From positions 8,017 to 72,016 of the forward strand of contig JAYZXX010000248.1 of the NCBI GenBank assembly GCA_036140815.1: a stretch of 64,000 bases of DNA, read 5' to 3'. The position numbers and the translations under genes were made by a program. Each line of letters starts with the position of its first letter. The stretch's first letter is position 1. Of this stretch, positions 9,458 through 19,768 are shown piece after piece. Under the pieces are notes generated by a model. The model was given only the letters and a program-made list of their open reading frames with translations, searched no databases and had not been told where the DNA came from. The stretch is from Bdellovibrionota bacterium (lineage in GTDB: Bacteria; Bdellovibrionota; Bdellovibrionia; Bdellovibrionales; UBA840).

Positions 9458-10812
9458 AGTAACTCCCCTGGGTTCAGTGATAAGATATTTGCCAATTGCG
9501 CTAAAGTGTCATGAATTGCAAAAACGTTTTGGGCCAAGCCAATTCTCGCTTGAGTCAGAGCCATGTCCGTAGAATTCATTTCAGTAAGAGAAGTCTGCCC
9601 TGTTCTAAATCTTTTTTGTGCAATTTTAAAGGAGCGCTCAGCCAGTTGCACAGCGTTCTTAGCAGACTCGTGACTTTCCACCAAAGTTTGGTAAGTCTTC
9701 CAGGTTTGAGCTAGCTTTAACTCTAAACCCTCCATTTGCTTTTTCTTTGTTAACTCTGCTATTTTTTGATTGATTCTAGCTTGCTGAGCTTTCGCTCTTG
9801 TACTTCCTCCATCCCAAATGTTCCAAGAAATATTAACCCCAGCATAGGACGAGGATCTTAAATCATCACTGGTTAAAGCCTCAGAACCGGCACCAGAATA
9901 AGAATAAGCTGCAACCGCAGTTATGGTAGGTAAATCAGCTGCACTATAAACTTTTGCTGATTCGGCTGCGTATGTAATGGATTGATTTAAAGCCTGGATA
10001 CTTGGTAATCTATCGTTCAACTGCTCTTTTAACTTGTCATAAGCTAAGACTTTAAATGCTTTATCGAAGCTAGTTGTAAGATTAACTTCATCTTCAAGAC
10101 TAACTCCAATTACTTGGGCTAGTGACCACTTTGCTTGCTTATAATTTAACTCTGCGGATTTAACTTGCGGAATTCTGGAAGCAACATCTGCTTGTAGGCG
10201 TATCAAATCACTTTGTGGAGGTCTACCGCCTGAAAATTTTTGCTGTAATATAGAAAGGTTTTGCCTTGCTGAAGCCAAGGATTGATTTGCAATTTCTAAG
10301 TTTTTCTTAGAGAACAATGCTGAGTAATAGGCAGCCCTTGCTAAATAATCTATTTGATCTTCAGTTAATTGCTTATCAAGCTCCCCAAGTTGCTTACCGG
10401 CTTTAGCCGCATCGATAGCTGCTCCGACTCGGCCAAATGCCCAAAGAGTTTGTGAAACTGATAGTGTAGAACTTAACTGATACTCTAAGTCCACTGCGTT
10501 TCCGAAGAAAACTGGCTTCATAAAATACTTCTGCCAGGTAGCATCGAATGACAATTGAGGCATAGCCGTCCCCAATACTTCTCGATAAATGCTATCGTTG
10601 TTCTCAATTGCCTGTATTGACAACTCTAAATCTTCACTATTCTCTTTTGCTAACTTTACGGCATCGTCCAAGCTTACATTGTGGACCGTCGCTGCGGCAA
10701 AAGAGCTTAAACTGACTAAAAGTACATTCAAAATTATAGCCAAGCTCTTCAAAATCAACCTCCAAAATTCAAACATTTGTTCTATTTTCGGCAAGTTACA
10801 TAAAAATATCAA
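9454..10812 (-). CDS. TolC-family outer membrane efflux protein
   Basis: 452 aa. Signal peptide (possible internal start at Met13). Two-fold repeated helical OEP-like sequence. First gene of the efflux operon. Confidence 0.8.
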   Translation of the reverse strand: MIFLCNLPKIEQMFEFWRLILKSLAIILNVLLVSLSSFAAATVHNVSLDDAVKLAKENSEDLELSIQAIENNDSIYREVLGTAMPQLSFDATWQKYFMKPVFFGNAVDLEYQLSSTLSVSQTLWAFGRVGAAIDAAKAGKQLGELDKQLTEDQIDYLARAAYYSALFSKKNLEIANQSLASARQNLSILQQKFSGGRPPQSDLIRLQADVASRIPQVKSAELNYKQAKWSLAQVIGVSLEDEVNLTTSFDKAFKVLAYDKLKEQLNDRLPSIQALNQSITYAAESAKVYSAADLPTITAVAAYSYSGAGSEALTSDDLRSSSYAGVNISWNIWDGGSTRAKAQQARINQKIAELTKKKQMEGLELKLAQTWKTYQTLVESHESAKNAVQLAERSFKIAQKRFRTGQTSLTEMNSTDMALTQARIGLAQNVFAIHDTLAQLANILSLNPGELL

Positions 10813-10945
10813 GCCATTTTTAAAACGAACGTTTGATTATTTGTAATCTACTGATTTTACTAGCTTTTTTAGATTCTCATTTTGGGTTTTCTAAACTAGA
10901 ACTTAAACCATGGACTAGAAAGCCTAACTTTTTTAAATATAAAAA

Positions 10946-11899
10946 CTATTTATTAGACACTTTTTTCAAAGCCATCGCAGTCTTATTTAAACGGGAGCTT
11001 GTTTCCTGTAATTCTCGCTTTAGTCTTTTAGTTTCTTCCATCTCTCTACCAAGCTTTATTTTAAAGTCCTTGGCTTCCTCTCTAAACTCTTCGACCCTTT
11101 TTTCTAGCTTTTCATTTTCTTTCTTTAACTTTGCATCACCAAAACCACCGGTGTCTTTGTATTGCTCAAGTTCCGCCTCGGCTATTTTTAATTTTCTCTG
11201 AAGACCTTCGGTGATTTTCTGAAGTTCGTTCTTATCGCCTTCCACTGAATACAGCTCATCATAAGTTTTTCGAATTTCTTTTTCTTTTTCGTCAATTTCT
11301 TTTAATCGATCTCTTAGGTGATCATTCTCTTCTCTAAGGTTCGCCATCTGATTCATGAGCTCAATGATTTCATCATGTTTCGCATCATCGTCTTGACCTC
11401 CTTCGGCATCAGATCCCAAGCCTATATCATCGTAAAGAACCTCAAGAATGCGACTTTCGCGTTCTTCGTCTTCCACGCTTACTTTATTGGTTTCTAAAAG
11501 ACTGTCTATATAAGTAAATGTAAAACCCTGTGGAAGGCTGTCTTTGATTTTTACTTTCAATCCATGACTGATTTGAATTCCAGCGGGGAACTCTAAAAGA
11601 TGAAAGCGGCCTTCTTTAATGAATTGCATGATTTTTTTTCTAGCATAATCTGTCATCAAAAAGCGTTCTAAAAAATCAATGTATTGGTGAATATCTTCTT
11701 TACGAATGAACAGAGCATCCTGACCTTCAGCCATTAATTTTCTTATTAAATTTTTTCTGGTGATACCCTGCTTTTTTTGAAACTGCACAAAGCGTTCATT
11801 TGATTTCATAAAGACATAACAGTCAGCTGGACTGACAGCTGTGTTTTGAATAACCCAAGTTAGAACTCCAACATATTGATCACTGAGTTTCTTTTCCAT
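10946..11899 (-). CDS. Hypothetical protein with unassigned N-terminal domain and long acidic/basic C-terminal coiled coil
   Basis: 317-aa ORF. The C-terminal ~150 aa is heptad-like and E/K/L-rich (NLREENDHLRDRLKEIDEKEKEIRK...LEKRVEEFREEAKDFKIKL). Confidence 0.5.
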   Translation of the reverse strand: MEKKLSDQYVGVLTWVIQNTAVSPADCYVFMKSNERFVQFQKKQGITRKNLIRKLMAEGQDALFIRKEDIHQYIDFLERFLMTDYARKKIMQFIKEGRFHLLEFPAGIQISHGLKVKIKDSLPQGFTFTYIDSLLETNKVSVEDEERESRILEVLYDDIGLGSDAEGGQDDDAKHDEIIELMNQMANLREENDHLRDRLKEIDEKEKEIRKTYDELYSVEGDKNELQKITEGLQRKLKIAEAELEQYKDTGGFGDAKLKKENEKLEKRVEEFREEAKDFKIKLGREMEETKRLKRELQETSSRLNKTAMALKKVSNK

Positions 11900-12052
11900 A
11901 ACTATATTCTAGCAGTATTTGACATTACGTTGCATTTTAAACAATAAATCTCGATTCTAAAGCTAGACTTTTGAAAGAGTGGTAAAAATGTTCACCGAAA
12001 CAAATATTTTTTGTATTAAGAAAAAACAAAGATTCTTAAAAAAAGTTTTTAT

Positions 12053-12123
12053 TTCGACACTTTTTAAAAAATTCTAAGAAACAACTAAAGCCTCAATTGT
12101 TAAGATACCAATTCGACACTTTT
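12053..12123. promoter_or_regulatory. Two exact 12-nt direct repeats (TTCGACACTTTT) in a divergent promoter region
   Basis: Copies at 12053-12064 and 12112-12123, 59 bp start to start. They lie in the ~330-bp AT-rich gap between the divergent genes 10946..11899 and 12229..13377. Confidence 0.3.
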
Positions 12124-12228
12124 AATAACTTTCCTGTAAAATAAGCCCGAGCACTAAACTAAAGTATTTGGACCAAAGTACGATAAGAAAATATAATTCA
12201 TTTTTTACAACTTTGGGGACTAAAGATT

Positions 12229-13377
12229 ATGTTAAAAAAAATATTACTCACTAAAGAATTCATCGAAGGCACAAAAAATATTGATGCTGGTCTTGAATAC
12301 AGCTTTGCTACTACGGTTGCGGACTTTGAAGACTTAAAAGATTTGGTGGCGAAAAATTATCCCGGCTCTGATGTTTTTCCTGCTTACTATTTTTCACCTC
12401 AATCCTGTACCATAATAGCACGACACAATTCTAAACTGGTCGGGTCAATTTGTATTATACAAAATGGAGCCTTTCCTCTCCCAATTGAGGTAAGTGTATC
12501 TGTTCCCAAAAAAGTGGGCTACTACCGTTTTGCAGAGCTAACAGATCTTTGCACTGCTCCTTTTTTTATGAAAGAACAAGAGCTTAAACTAAGCCTTTTA
12601 AAACACGCCTTACAGATCATCGACTCATATACATTTTTAAGTCGATTTTACGTTTCTGATTTAGATGCAAAATGTAGTGAAATCTTAGAAGAAATGGGCT
12701 TTAGTTGTTTAAATAAATTAGGACCCAAAGAATATAGCCTGCGAAATACAGTTTCTATGTTTTATTATGGCTCTTTCAGAGGTTGTATTCATAAGCTCAC
12801 AAAGTCAGTACTTCCTCTAAAAAAAGACATTGCAAGTTATTTACTATCTGAAACGAGTAACACTAACTTTATAGCAAAGGATATTTTCAACACTTCAAAG
12901 GAAAACTTCCTAACGCCAGACTGTTTTCAATTTATTTTAAATCAAAACCCAAGTGTTCTAGGGGACATTCGCCCAGAGAACCTTAGAAACTTAATGAATA
13001 GCTACTTGGGGCATGATGATATAATGCAACTCCTCCCCCACCCTGCACTGCCAATCCAAAGAACCGAAAGGCGATACCCTGTTCGTTGTGAAGCTGTAAT
13101 GCTAAACGACAATAGCGAGCCTGTTGGTAATGAAATTTTGGATGTTGTAAGTGTAGCGAAAAGAGGAATTGGTTTTCACCAAGAAAGAACTTGGCTAAAA
13201 AAAGGAAGCATTGTTCGTCTTAGAATTGAAATTGGAAACCATATAATGTCTGATATTGAGGTCAAAGTAGGAGCAATTTATCAAGGCCTGGTTACTGGAA
13301 CAATTCTTAAAAAGGATCATTACTGGAATCGATACAACCAGTTTCTTGACAGTCAATATCAAATTACTAGAGTTTAA
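12229..13377 (+). CDS. Hypothetical two-domain protein: GNAT-like N-terminal half and degenerate PilZ-like C-terminal domain
   Basis: 382 aa. The N-terminal half has a GNAT-like strand/helix pattern (KLVGSICIIQNG...FAELTDLCTAP...ILEEMGF). The C-terminus has QRTERRYPVR (RxxxR) followed by LDVVSVAKRGIGF and a beta-rich tail. The domain call is weak. Confidence 0.45.
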   Translation: MLKKILLTKEFIEGTKNIDAGLEYSFATTVADFEDLKDLVAKNYPGSDVFPAYYFSPQSCTIIARHNSKLVGSICIIQNGAFPLPIEVSVSVPKKVGYYRFAELTDLCTAPFFMKEQELKLSLLKHALQIIDSYTFLSRFYVSDLDAKCSEILEEMGFSCLNKLGPKEYSLRNTVSMFYYGSFRGCIHKLTKSVLPLKKDIASYLLSETSNTNFIAKDIFNTSKENFLTPDCFQFILNQNPSVLGDIRPENLRNLMNSYLGHDDIMQLLPHPALPIQRTERRYPVRCEAVMLNDNSEPVGNEILDVVSVAKRGIGFHQERTWLKKGSIVRLRIEIGNHIMSDIEVKVGAIYQGLVTGTILKKDHYWNRYNQFLDSQYQITRV

Positions 13378-14047
13378 GTTTTGGGGATGCAGGCAATATT
13401 TCTATTTTATTGATCTTCACACTAGACTTGGATTCTGAATCGTCGGTGTCTGCAAAAATCCAAACTCCTAACAAACTAGCTGAATAATTTATTTTTTTAA
13501 CCTTCTTAAGCTGCTCTAAAATTTCAAGTTCAAAATTTTTTTTGGTTAAATCAGAAGGCAATACGCAATAAATTGCATAGTCATTGTGTGGTGAGTTCCC
13601 ACAAAATACTTTGGTTTCTTTCGTTTGAGCTGGGCCGAAATATAAGACATTTGAAATGGCTGAAGACAAGTTTAGTCGAGACTTCACGGCAGACGGTATT
13701 TCCGCTTCCTTACCACCACCGATAACCAGCCCTAAACGGACGGGATAATCATCATTTTTTTTATCAAAAGGAAGTTTTATATTTACCTTAGGAAACCTTT
13801 TGACTTGAAAGCTAAAGGCCAACTTTGTTTCAGAATCAATTTTTATTGGCGTTTTTAATGGATAGAAATAGCCGCCTAAATCATCGTCTGATTCTATTGT
13901 TATAGATTTTTTATCGGAACTATAATCTGGAGCCGCTTTAAATAAAAAATTAGTCTTATGCCACTGAGATAAATCCAGTGGTAGAACTAGGCCCGCAAAC
14001 AACACAGGCCAAAGCTTTTTAGATAGCAACAATTTTATCTTTTCCAT
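13367..14047 (-). CDS. Exported DUF3047-like protein
   Basis: 226 aa with signal-like N-terminus. KKNDDYPVRLGLVIG and VWIFADTDDSESKSSVKINKIEI resemble the DUF3047 pattern. The start lies inside the serS 3' end (29-nt overlap). Confidence 0.5.
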   Translation of the reverse strand: MEKIKLLLSKKLWPVLFAGLVLPLDLSQWHKTNFLFKAAPDYSSDKKSITIESDDDLGGYFYPLKTPIKIDSETKLAFSFQVKRFPKVNIKLPFDKKNDDYPVRLGLVIGGGKEAEIPSAVKSRLNLSSAISNVLYFGPAQTKETKVFCGNSPHNDYAIYCVLPSDLTKKNFELEILEQLKKVKKINYSASLLGVWIFADTDDSESKSSVKINKIEILPASPKLKL

Positions 14048-15299
14048 TCATATACTTTTTTAGAACTTCAGGAATCAAAACACTTCCATCTTCTTGCTGA
14101 TAGTTTTCAAGAACTGCAAGTAAAGTTCTTCCAACAGCCAGGCCTGAGCCGTTTAAGGTGTGTACATATTTTGGTTTTTTCTCACCCTTTTCTTTAAAGC
14201 GAATGTTTGCTCGTCTTGCTTGAAAGTCTTCACAGTTGGAACAACTGCTAATCTCTCTATAAGTGTCTTGTCCAGGTAACCATACATTGATGTCGTAACA
14301 TTTAGCTGCACTGAAGCCTATGTCGCCAGTACATAAAGCGACCACCTCATAAGGAAGCTCTAGTCTTTTTAAAATGGTCTCTGCGTGACCTAACATTTTA
14401 TCATGCATCTCATAAGACTTATCTGGGTGAGACAAATGTACCATTTCCACCTTATGAAACTGGTGCTGGCGAATCAGGCCCTTCGTATCTCTTCCATGTG
14501 AACCCGCTTCAGAGCGAAAGCAAGGTGAAAAAGCCGTAAACATATATGGAAGGTCTTCTGCGCTAAGCATTTCATCAGCAAAGTAATTCGTTAGAGTTAC
14601 CTCTGCCGTCGGGATTAAATGATAAGGTAGTGGATCAACATGAAAAACATCTTCTTTAAATTTAGGATACTGACCTGTTCCGAACAAAGCCTTTTCGTTC
14701 ACCATATAAGGAGTTACAAATTCTTCGTAAGCATGTTCCTCTACGTGGGTGTCTAACATAAACTGCGCAAGAGCCCTTTCAAGACGAGCAACTTGCCCTC
14801 TTAAAAAAGCAAATCGCGCCCCGGTAACTTTAGCGGCCCTATCAAAATCAAGAAGGCCTAGGTTTTCTCCAATTTCATCATGAGTCTTTGCCTCAAAACC
14901 AAGTTTTTTGGGCTCACCCACTCGATGTACTAACTTATTATCGTCTTCAGAGGCTCCAACCGGAACTGAATCATGGCAAAGGTTAGGTATTCCAGCTAAC
15001 TGCATTTCAAAGTTTTCTTTTACTTCTGCCGCTGTTTTTTCTAAATTTTTAACGGTTGAGCCAAGTTCTCGCATCGCCATGATTTTATCATTGGCGTCTT
15101 CTTTGTTTTTCTTCATTTGCGCGATTTCTTTTGAAACCCTATTTAGCTCAGCCTTTTTCTCTTCAGCCTCAGCAATGCATTCTTTTCTTTTTTTGTTCAA
15201 ATCAAGAATTCGATCAATCTCCGAGGCGTCGCCCCCGCGATTACTTAAATTGTCTTTAAACTTTTGAGGCTCTTCTTCAATTCTTTTAATATCTAACAT
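14019..15299 (-). CDS. serS: Seryl-tRNA synthetase
   Basis: 426 aa. N-terminal coiled-coil arm MLDIKRIEEEPQKFKDNLSNRG. Class II core motifs (FRSEAGSHGRDTKGLIRQHQFHKVE, TLNGSGLAVGRTLLAVLENYQ). Confidence 0.95.
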   Translation of the reverse strand: MLDIKRIEEEPQKFKDNLSNRGGDASEIDRILDLNKKRKECIAEAEEKKAELNRVSKEIAQMKKNKEDANDKIMAMRELGSTVKNLEKTAAEVKENFEMQLAGIPNLCHDSVPVGASEDDNKLVHRVGEPKKLGFEAKTHDEIGENLGLLDFDRAAKVTGARFAFLRGQVARLERALAQFMLDTHVEEHAYEEFVTPYMVNEKALFGTGQYPKFKEDVFHVDPLPYHLIPTAEVTLTNYFADEMLSAEDLPYMFTAFSPCFRSEAGSHGRDTKGLIRQHQFHKVEMVHLSHPDKSYEMHDKMLGHAETILKRLELPYEVVALCTGDIGFSAAKCYDINVWLPGQDTYREISSCSNCEDFQARRANIRFKEKGEKKPKYVHTLNGSGLAVGRTLLAVLENYQQEDGSVLIPEVLKKYMNGKDKIVAI

Positions 15300-15308
15300 G
15301 CTTAGATC

Positions 15309-15605
15309 CTAGGCTCCTGGCGCAATTAAAACATACATACGCAAAATCATACCTACTAATACCAAAAATAAATCTAAGATCAAGACTCCAACGAAGTTCC
15401 ACTTCTTTGTTACCTTCAAAAAGATTAGTAAGTTTGCAATTAATACAAACCAAAAAGCGAAATGGCCATAGGCAAAGATCTCTTCAAAAATAAGGGTCAT
15501 GGTTAAACCATATATTGCACCGGAAAGTACCTTTACCAAAACAAGGCCTAAGCTGGTGGATGAACCTCTTAATCGAATCTGTACTTGGTCTAACAATTGT
15601 GCCAT
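15309..15605 (-). CDS. Small integral membrane protein, unknown function
   Basis: 98 aa with three hydrophobic segments. Tightly packed between the TPR gene and serS. Confidence 0.5.
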   Translation of the reverse strand: MAQLLDQVQIRLRGSSTSLGLVLVKVLSGAIYGLTMTLIFEEIFAYGHFAFWFVLIANLLIFLKVTKKWNFVGVLILDLFLVLVGMILRMYVLIAPGA

Positions 15606-15607
15606 TT

Positions 15608-18600
15608 CTACTCCAGTTGTTGGATACGACGTCTAACCATATCAGCATCTTTTGCGTTTGGCTTCAAGCCTAAATAGCGGCGATAGGCCTCCACCGCTTC
15701 AAAGTTTTGATTTCTTTTTTCAAGTATCTCACCCGTCTCACGGTAAATCTCTGCATATCCACTTTGTTTACTTGTAGCAGTAGCCAACATGGTTTCAGCA
15801 ACATCCAAGTTCCCGATTAAGCGGTAGCAAATAGCAAGTTTCACATAAATTTCTGCGCTTTGAGGTCTTTTTTGAATCGCAGACCGATATTCCTCAATCG
15901 CCTTATTATAGTTTCCCAAGTCTCGATAGGCGTCACCTGCCAATAAGTAAGAATCAGCAATCAAAGGATTATTTCTTCTTTCAACCATAGCCTGAGCCAA
16001 GGCCTCCTTGGGTCGCTTCGCCTCAAGGAAAGCTGTGCCTAGGTAGTAGTAAACTCTTGGGTAGTTCGAATTTATTTTTAAGGCTCTTTCAAATTGTGTG
16101 ATTGCTTCAAATGGCTTATTGGTTGCCTGATAGATTAAGCCAACCTTTACTAATGGCTCTGCATCTGTTGGATCTAAGCTCGCTGCATTTAAATATGCTT
16201 CCAATGCCTCTGTGGCCTTTTGCTCTTGATAGTAGGTCTCGGCCAATGCCATAAAGGCTGGCTTATAATCAGACCTTACTTGGGTAATTGGAATAAGAAC
16301 CCCTTTTGCCTTGTCCATCTGGTTATCCAATAAGTAGATATTGGCAAGTGCGATTCTGTATTCCATGATAGACGGATAGGTATTTATTAGATTAAGGATG
16401 TATTTTTCCCCGGTAATCGAGCCCTGAAAAGACGCCAAAACCTTTGCATAAGTTGCCTGTGCCTCCACATTGAGAGGCTCTAAAGAAACCGCCCTTGCGA
16501 TAGTTTTATAAGCTTGGTCTGTAGCCCCCAATAACAAAAGGGCTTCTGATAAAATTATATGAGATTGTATATCGCTATCGTAAAGAGTAATTGCTTTTTC
16601 ACTGTAGTCTTTAGCAGCTGGCAGATTCATTCTTTTAAACTCGTAGTGAGCATAAGACCTAATAACTCTATAATCATTCTTCGCCAAACTCTTTGCTTTC
16701 TTTAGATGATTAATTGCCTCAGAAAACCTGAACCTCTCAATTAGGTACTCCCCTAAGACCAACATCGCATCGACGCTTTTGGGATTATTTTTTAGAACCA
16801 AACCAAGCCAACGAATGGCTTCATCACCTTGATTTAAATTCCAAAGTGATTCAGCGGCTTTGATTCCAGCTCTGACATTTTCATTATTAAGTTCGAAGGC
16901 TGCCTTGAATTCAGCTTGTGCAGCTACAAAGTTTTTTTGGCCAAAAAACAGATCACCATTTTCTACCAATTCTCTCTCTGTTCTAAAAAGACTAGAAAGA
17001 ACTTCACTACCTGCTAGTTGAGTTAAATACACTCGGGCCACATTATTCTTAGTATCAAGCTCATAACTTCTTTTCGCATAGACAATGGCTTGCTCGGTCT
17101 CCCCTTTGTTTGCTGCTATTACAGATAGAACATAAAAAGACTTACTTCTCCACTTTCGAGGAAGTAGACTTTTTTCATTGGAAGCCTGGTTTATCAACTC
17201 CTCCGCATAATTTAGGTCCCCATTTTGAAATACTTCTGTTTCTGCAAATTCAATGGCGGCCAAGCGATGAAAATCACCCTGGTTAAATAACAATTGGTAA
17301 CTGGCCTGAGCATTTTCGTATTGGCCATTGGACTTCTCATTGTTTGCAATCCAAAAGTGAGGTTTTTTCCATTGGGGCCAAAGATCTACGGCCTTTCTCC
17401 AAAAGGCAGAAGCTAAATCTTTTTTTCCCTCAAGCATCATAATGTGTGCCTTCAGGTCATAGAATGTAGCTACATTCGGGTATTTTTCCAAGGAGCTATT
17501 TAATACTTGTTCAGCTGCCTTGGGGTTCCCTGCCAATAAAAATTGAACAGATCTACAATTTGCAGTAGCAAGACCGGCAATGTTTCTACCGCTAACCAAC
17601 TGTGTGGCTTTTGAAATTGCAGACAGGTCTTTGACGTTCTGTTCCGAGTAAGGCCATATTTCATTGTAGCAGGTACACAAGAGGCCAATGCTTTCTACGT
17701 CTGGGCCATGCTTATTAATACTAGAAACCAATAAAGTCATCGCCTTTGTGTAGTTGGAAAATGTATCTTGCTGCATCAGCTTCAGAGCTTTGGTTTTTAT
17801 ATCCAGCCACTTTTTTCGCGATCGCTTTTCAATTTTTTTACTCAACACTATTGGCTTAAATTGAACTTTTTCAGCGTTTCTAATTTTTTCTGCAGGATGA
17901 TCATCATACATCAAAGCAGCAAAAAGCACCGCGATTACCACGACTAATATCTTAAACTTGGGGTCAGCCTGAATTTTCGACTTCTTCGTTCTGTCATCGA
18001 CCCTTACATATTCTTTCTTTTTTGGCTTAGCAACGCCCGACTGTGTTTTTTCATGCATCTGATCCTTTGAGAAAGAACCTGTTTTGTTTCCTGGATTGAA
18101 GCTTCCTTCTTTGATCGCTTTGCCAAACTTTGAGTCTTCTTCGTTTGTCCATGTGTTTGTACTACTCTGTAAACTCACATCGTCAATAAAGGAGATCGAC
18201 TGAGCATCCTCGTGGTTTATTCCAGGGTCAAAGGAAGAAGAGTTTTCATCATCTTTAAAGTCTCTCTGCTCAGGATCTTCAAGCTGAATGTCTTTTTCAG
18301 ACTCATCTGAAATATCTATTTCGAGCTCACTCGACTTTTCGGCAGCTTCTTTTATTTTCTTCTTACTAATTCGGACTTGGGTAAGTGGCTCATCACCACC
18401 GAATATTTTGTTGTCTACTTGCTGATCTATCTGAGTTGCTTTATCTAACTCTTCCACTTTGCGTTCATCAGATAAGGGTTCAATCTCAGATTCCCAGGCT
18501 TCTAGAAATTGGTCATAAAATTCGGCAGATTGGGAAATGGAGACATACTCCCCTCCAGGGTACTCTGCCATTTGTTCGGTTCCAGCAAGGGCACCTTTTT

Positions 18601-18691
18601 GAATTAAGCTGAATATAATATCTTTTGTGTAAGGCCCAAAAACCTTGCCTGCAGATGTTTTAATTGTCCATCGTAAATACTTAGCTGCCAT
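15608..18691 (-). CDS. Large TPR-repeat protein with GYF_2 (DUF4339)-like N-terminus and one TM segment
   Basis: 1027 aa. N-terminus RWTIKTSAGKVFGPYTKDIIFSLIQKGALAGTEQMAEYPGGEYVSI. Acidic linker, TM segment ILVVVIAVLFAALMY, and many TPR-like 34-aa units in the C-terminal 700 aa. Confidence 0.75.
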   Translation of the reverse strand: MAAKYLRWTIKTSAGKVFGPYTKDIIFSLIQKGALAGTEQMAEYPGGEYVSISQSAEFYDQFLEAWESEIEPLSDERKVEELDKATQIDQQVDNKIFGGDEPLTQVRISKKKIKEAAEKSSELEIDISDESEKDIQLEDPEQRDFKDDENSSSFDPGINHEDAQSISFIDDVSLQSSTNTWTNEEDSKFGKAIKEGSFNPGNKTGSFSKDQMHEKTQSGVAKPKKKEYVRVDDRTKKSKIQADPKFKILVVVIAVLFAALMYDDHPAEKIRNAEKVQFKPIVLSKKIEKRSRKKWLDIKTKALKLMQQDTFSNYTKAMTLLVSSINKHGPDVESIGLLCTCYNEIWPYSEQNVKDLSAISKATQLVSGRNIAGLATANCRSVQFLLAGNPKAAEQVLNSSLEKYPNVATFYDLKAHIMMLEGKKDLASAFWRKAVDLWPQWKKPHFWIANNEKSNGQYENAQASYQLLFNQGDFHRLAAIEFAETEVFQNGDLNYAEELINQASNEKSLLPRKWRSKSFYVLSVIAANKGETEQAIVYAKRSYELDTKNNVARVYLTQLAGSEVLSSLFRTERELVENGDLFFGQKNFVAAQAEFKAAFELNNENVRAGIKAAESLWNLNQGDEAIRWLGLVLKNNPKSVDAMLVLGEYLIERFRFSEAINHLKKAKSLAKNDYRVIRSYAHYEFKRMNLPAAKDYSEKAITLYDSDIQSHIILSEALLLLGATDQAYKTIARAVSLEPLNVEAQATYAKVLASFQGSITGEKYILNLINTYPSIMEYRIALANIYLLDNQMDKAKGVLIPITQVRSDYKPAFMALAETYYQEQKATEALEAYLNAASLDPTDAEPLVKVGLIYQATNKPFEAITQFERALKINSNYPRVYYYLGTAFLEAKRPKEALAQAMVERRNNPLIADSYLLAGDAYRDLGNYNKAIEEYRSAIQKRPQSAEIYVKLAICYRLIGNLDVAETMLATATSKQSGYAEIYRETGEILEKRNQNFEAVEAYRRYLGLKPNAKDADMVRRRIQQLE

Positions 18692-18993
18692 TGAGTTATT
18701 AGAATAATTTAACGCAAAGCATGTGACACTTAAATACTGAAAATTGTTGAATATTTCTTGGAGTTTCCAGTCTTCTGTATAGGCAAAAAACTAGTGCCAA
18801 GACTTTAGTTATAAGCTCAGTATTTCTTGTGGCTAAAGTTTTATAGAAGCTTTGTTGCCGCTATAAATCTAAATTTTTCCTAAGAAAATCATTCACTGCC
18901 CGCCTTGGGCAATAAATACAATTTACCCAATTAACCGAGGCTCGTTGTATTGAATCAAATTCCAAGCTAATAAAAATAAAAAAGGGGAATTGT

Positions 18994-19650
18994 ATGAAAG
19001 CAATATTACTAACATTAGCGGCGAGTCTAGCCTTTTCTGTTCAGGCATACTCTCTAGAGTTTACTAATTACGAGACACCATACGAAGTGCTTGCAAAGGC
19101 TTTTGATGAAGCCAGGCCTGCTAAGTTTGATGATCTTCTTCACACTGGTGAATATGCTGGAATTGGGTGGGTAAAAGAATTTACAAAAGAGGTCGCTCTG
19201 GACCCAGAGCCAACCTATTTTGTAATCAAGACTTTTGCTAAACTTAAGCACGTTCCAGCAAGAAATGATGCCGGCCCACTTTTTCCTGGAAGAGATGAAG
19301 ATACAATTGTTGAAAAGGTGTATGCCGAGGTGCTATCAAGATCGAATAAACCTGATTTTCCGACTTTAGGCACCAACAAGATGCCAGATAATATTATTAT
19401 AGAAAAACTTTCTGAGGGTCTTTACTCAGAGGAAACGGAAAAAGGATTGGTAACCGTTGAAAACCAATTTGTCTACTCCACTGAAGATAGATACGGGATA
19501 CCCATAGAAAGAAGACTTTTCATTCATACCTATAGAATCTCTGAAACAAAGGAGATTTTAGTTAGAGGTCAGTCTTTTAAAAAGAACGTAGATGGTGAAT
19601 ACGAAGTTCTGTCAACCTACTATACTTACAACTGGAAAAGCGTAAATTAA
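18994..19650 (+). CDS. Secreted hypothetical protein
   Basis: 218 aa. Signal peptide MKAILLTLAASLAFSVQA. GGGGAA RBS upstream and a strong terminator downstream. Confidence 0.6.
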   Translation: MKAILLTLAASLAFSVQAYSLEFTNYETPYEVLAKAFDEARPAKFDDLLHTGEYAGIGWVKEFTKEVALDPEPTYFVIKTFAKLKHVPARNDAGPLFPGRDEDTIVEKVYAEVLSRSNKPDFPTLGTNKMPDNIIIEKLSEGLYSEETEKGLVTVENQFVYSTEDRYGIPIERRLFIHTYRISETKEILVRGQSFKKNVDGEYEVLSTYYTYNWKSVN

Positions 19651-19697
19651 GGCTAAGCCAGAAATTATACAGAATTACTAGAGCTAAAAAACAAATC

Positions 19698-19726
19698 AAG
19701 CCCAGTGACAATCTGGGCTTTTTTTT
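19698..19726 (+). terminator. Rho-independent terminator
   Basis: Perfect 8-bp stem AAGCCCAG/CTGGGCTT, 7-nt loop, then a T run. Confidence 0.8.
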
Positions 19727-19768
19727 CCTACATAAATATTTTTCTAAAATCAATTGACCTTTTAGAAC

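Noticed and set aside
10833-11201. 122-aa plus-strand ORF
   Set aside because: It is antisense to the coiled-coil gene's GAA/AAG-rich 3' half. The product is S/F/L-rich with no start signals.
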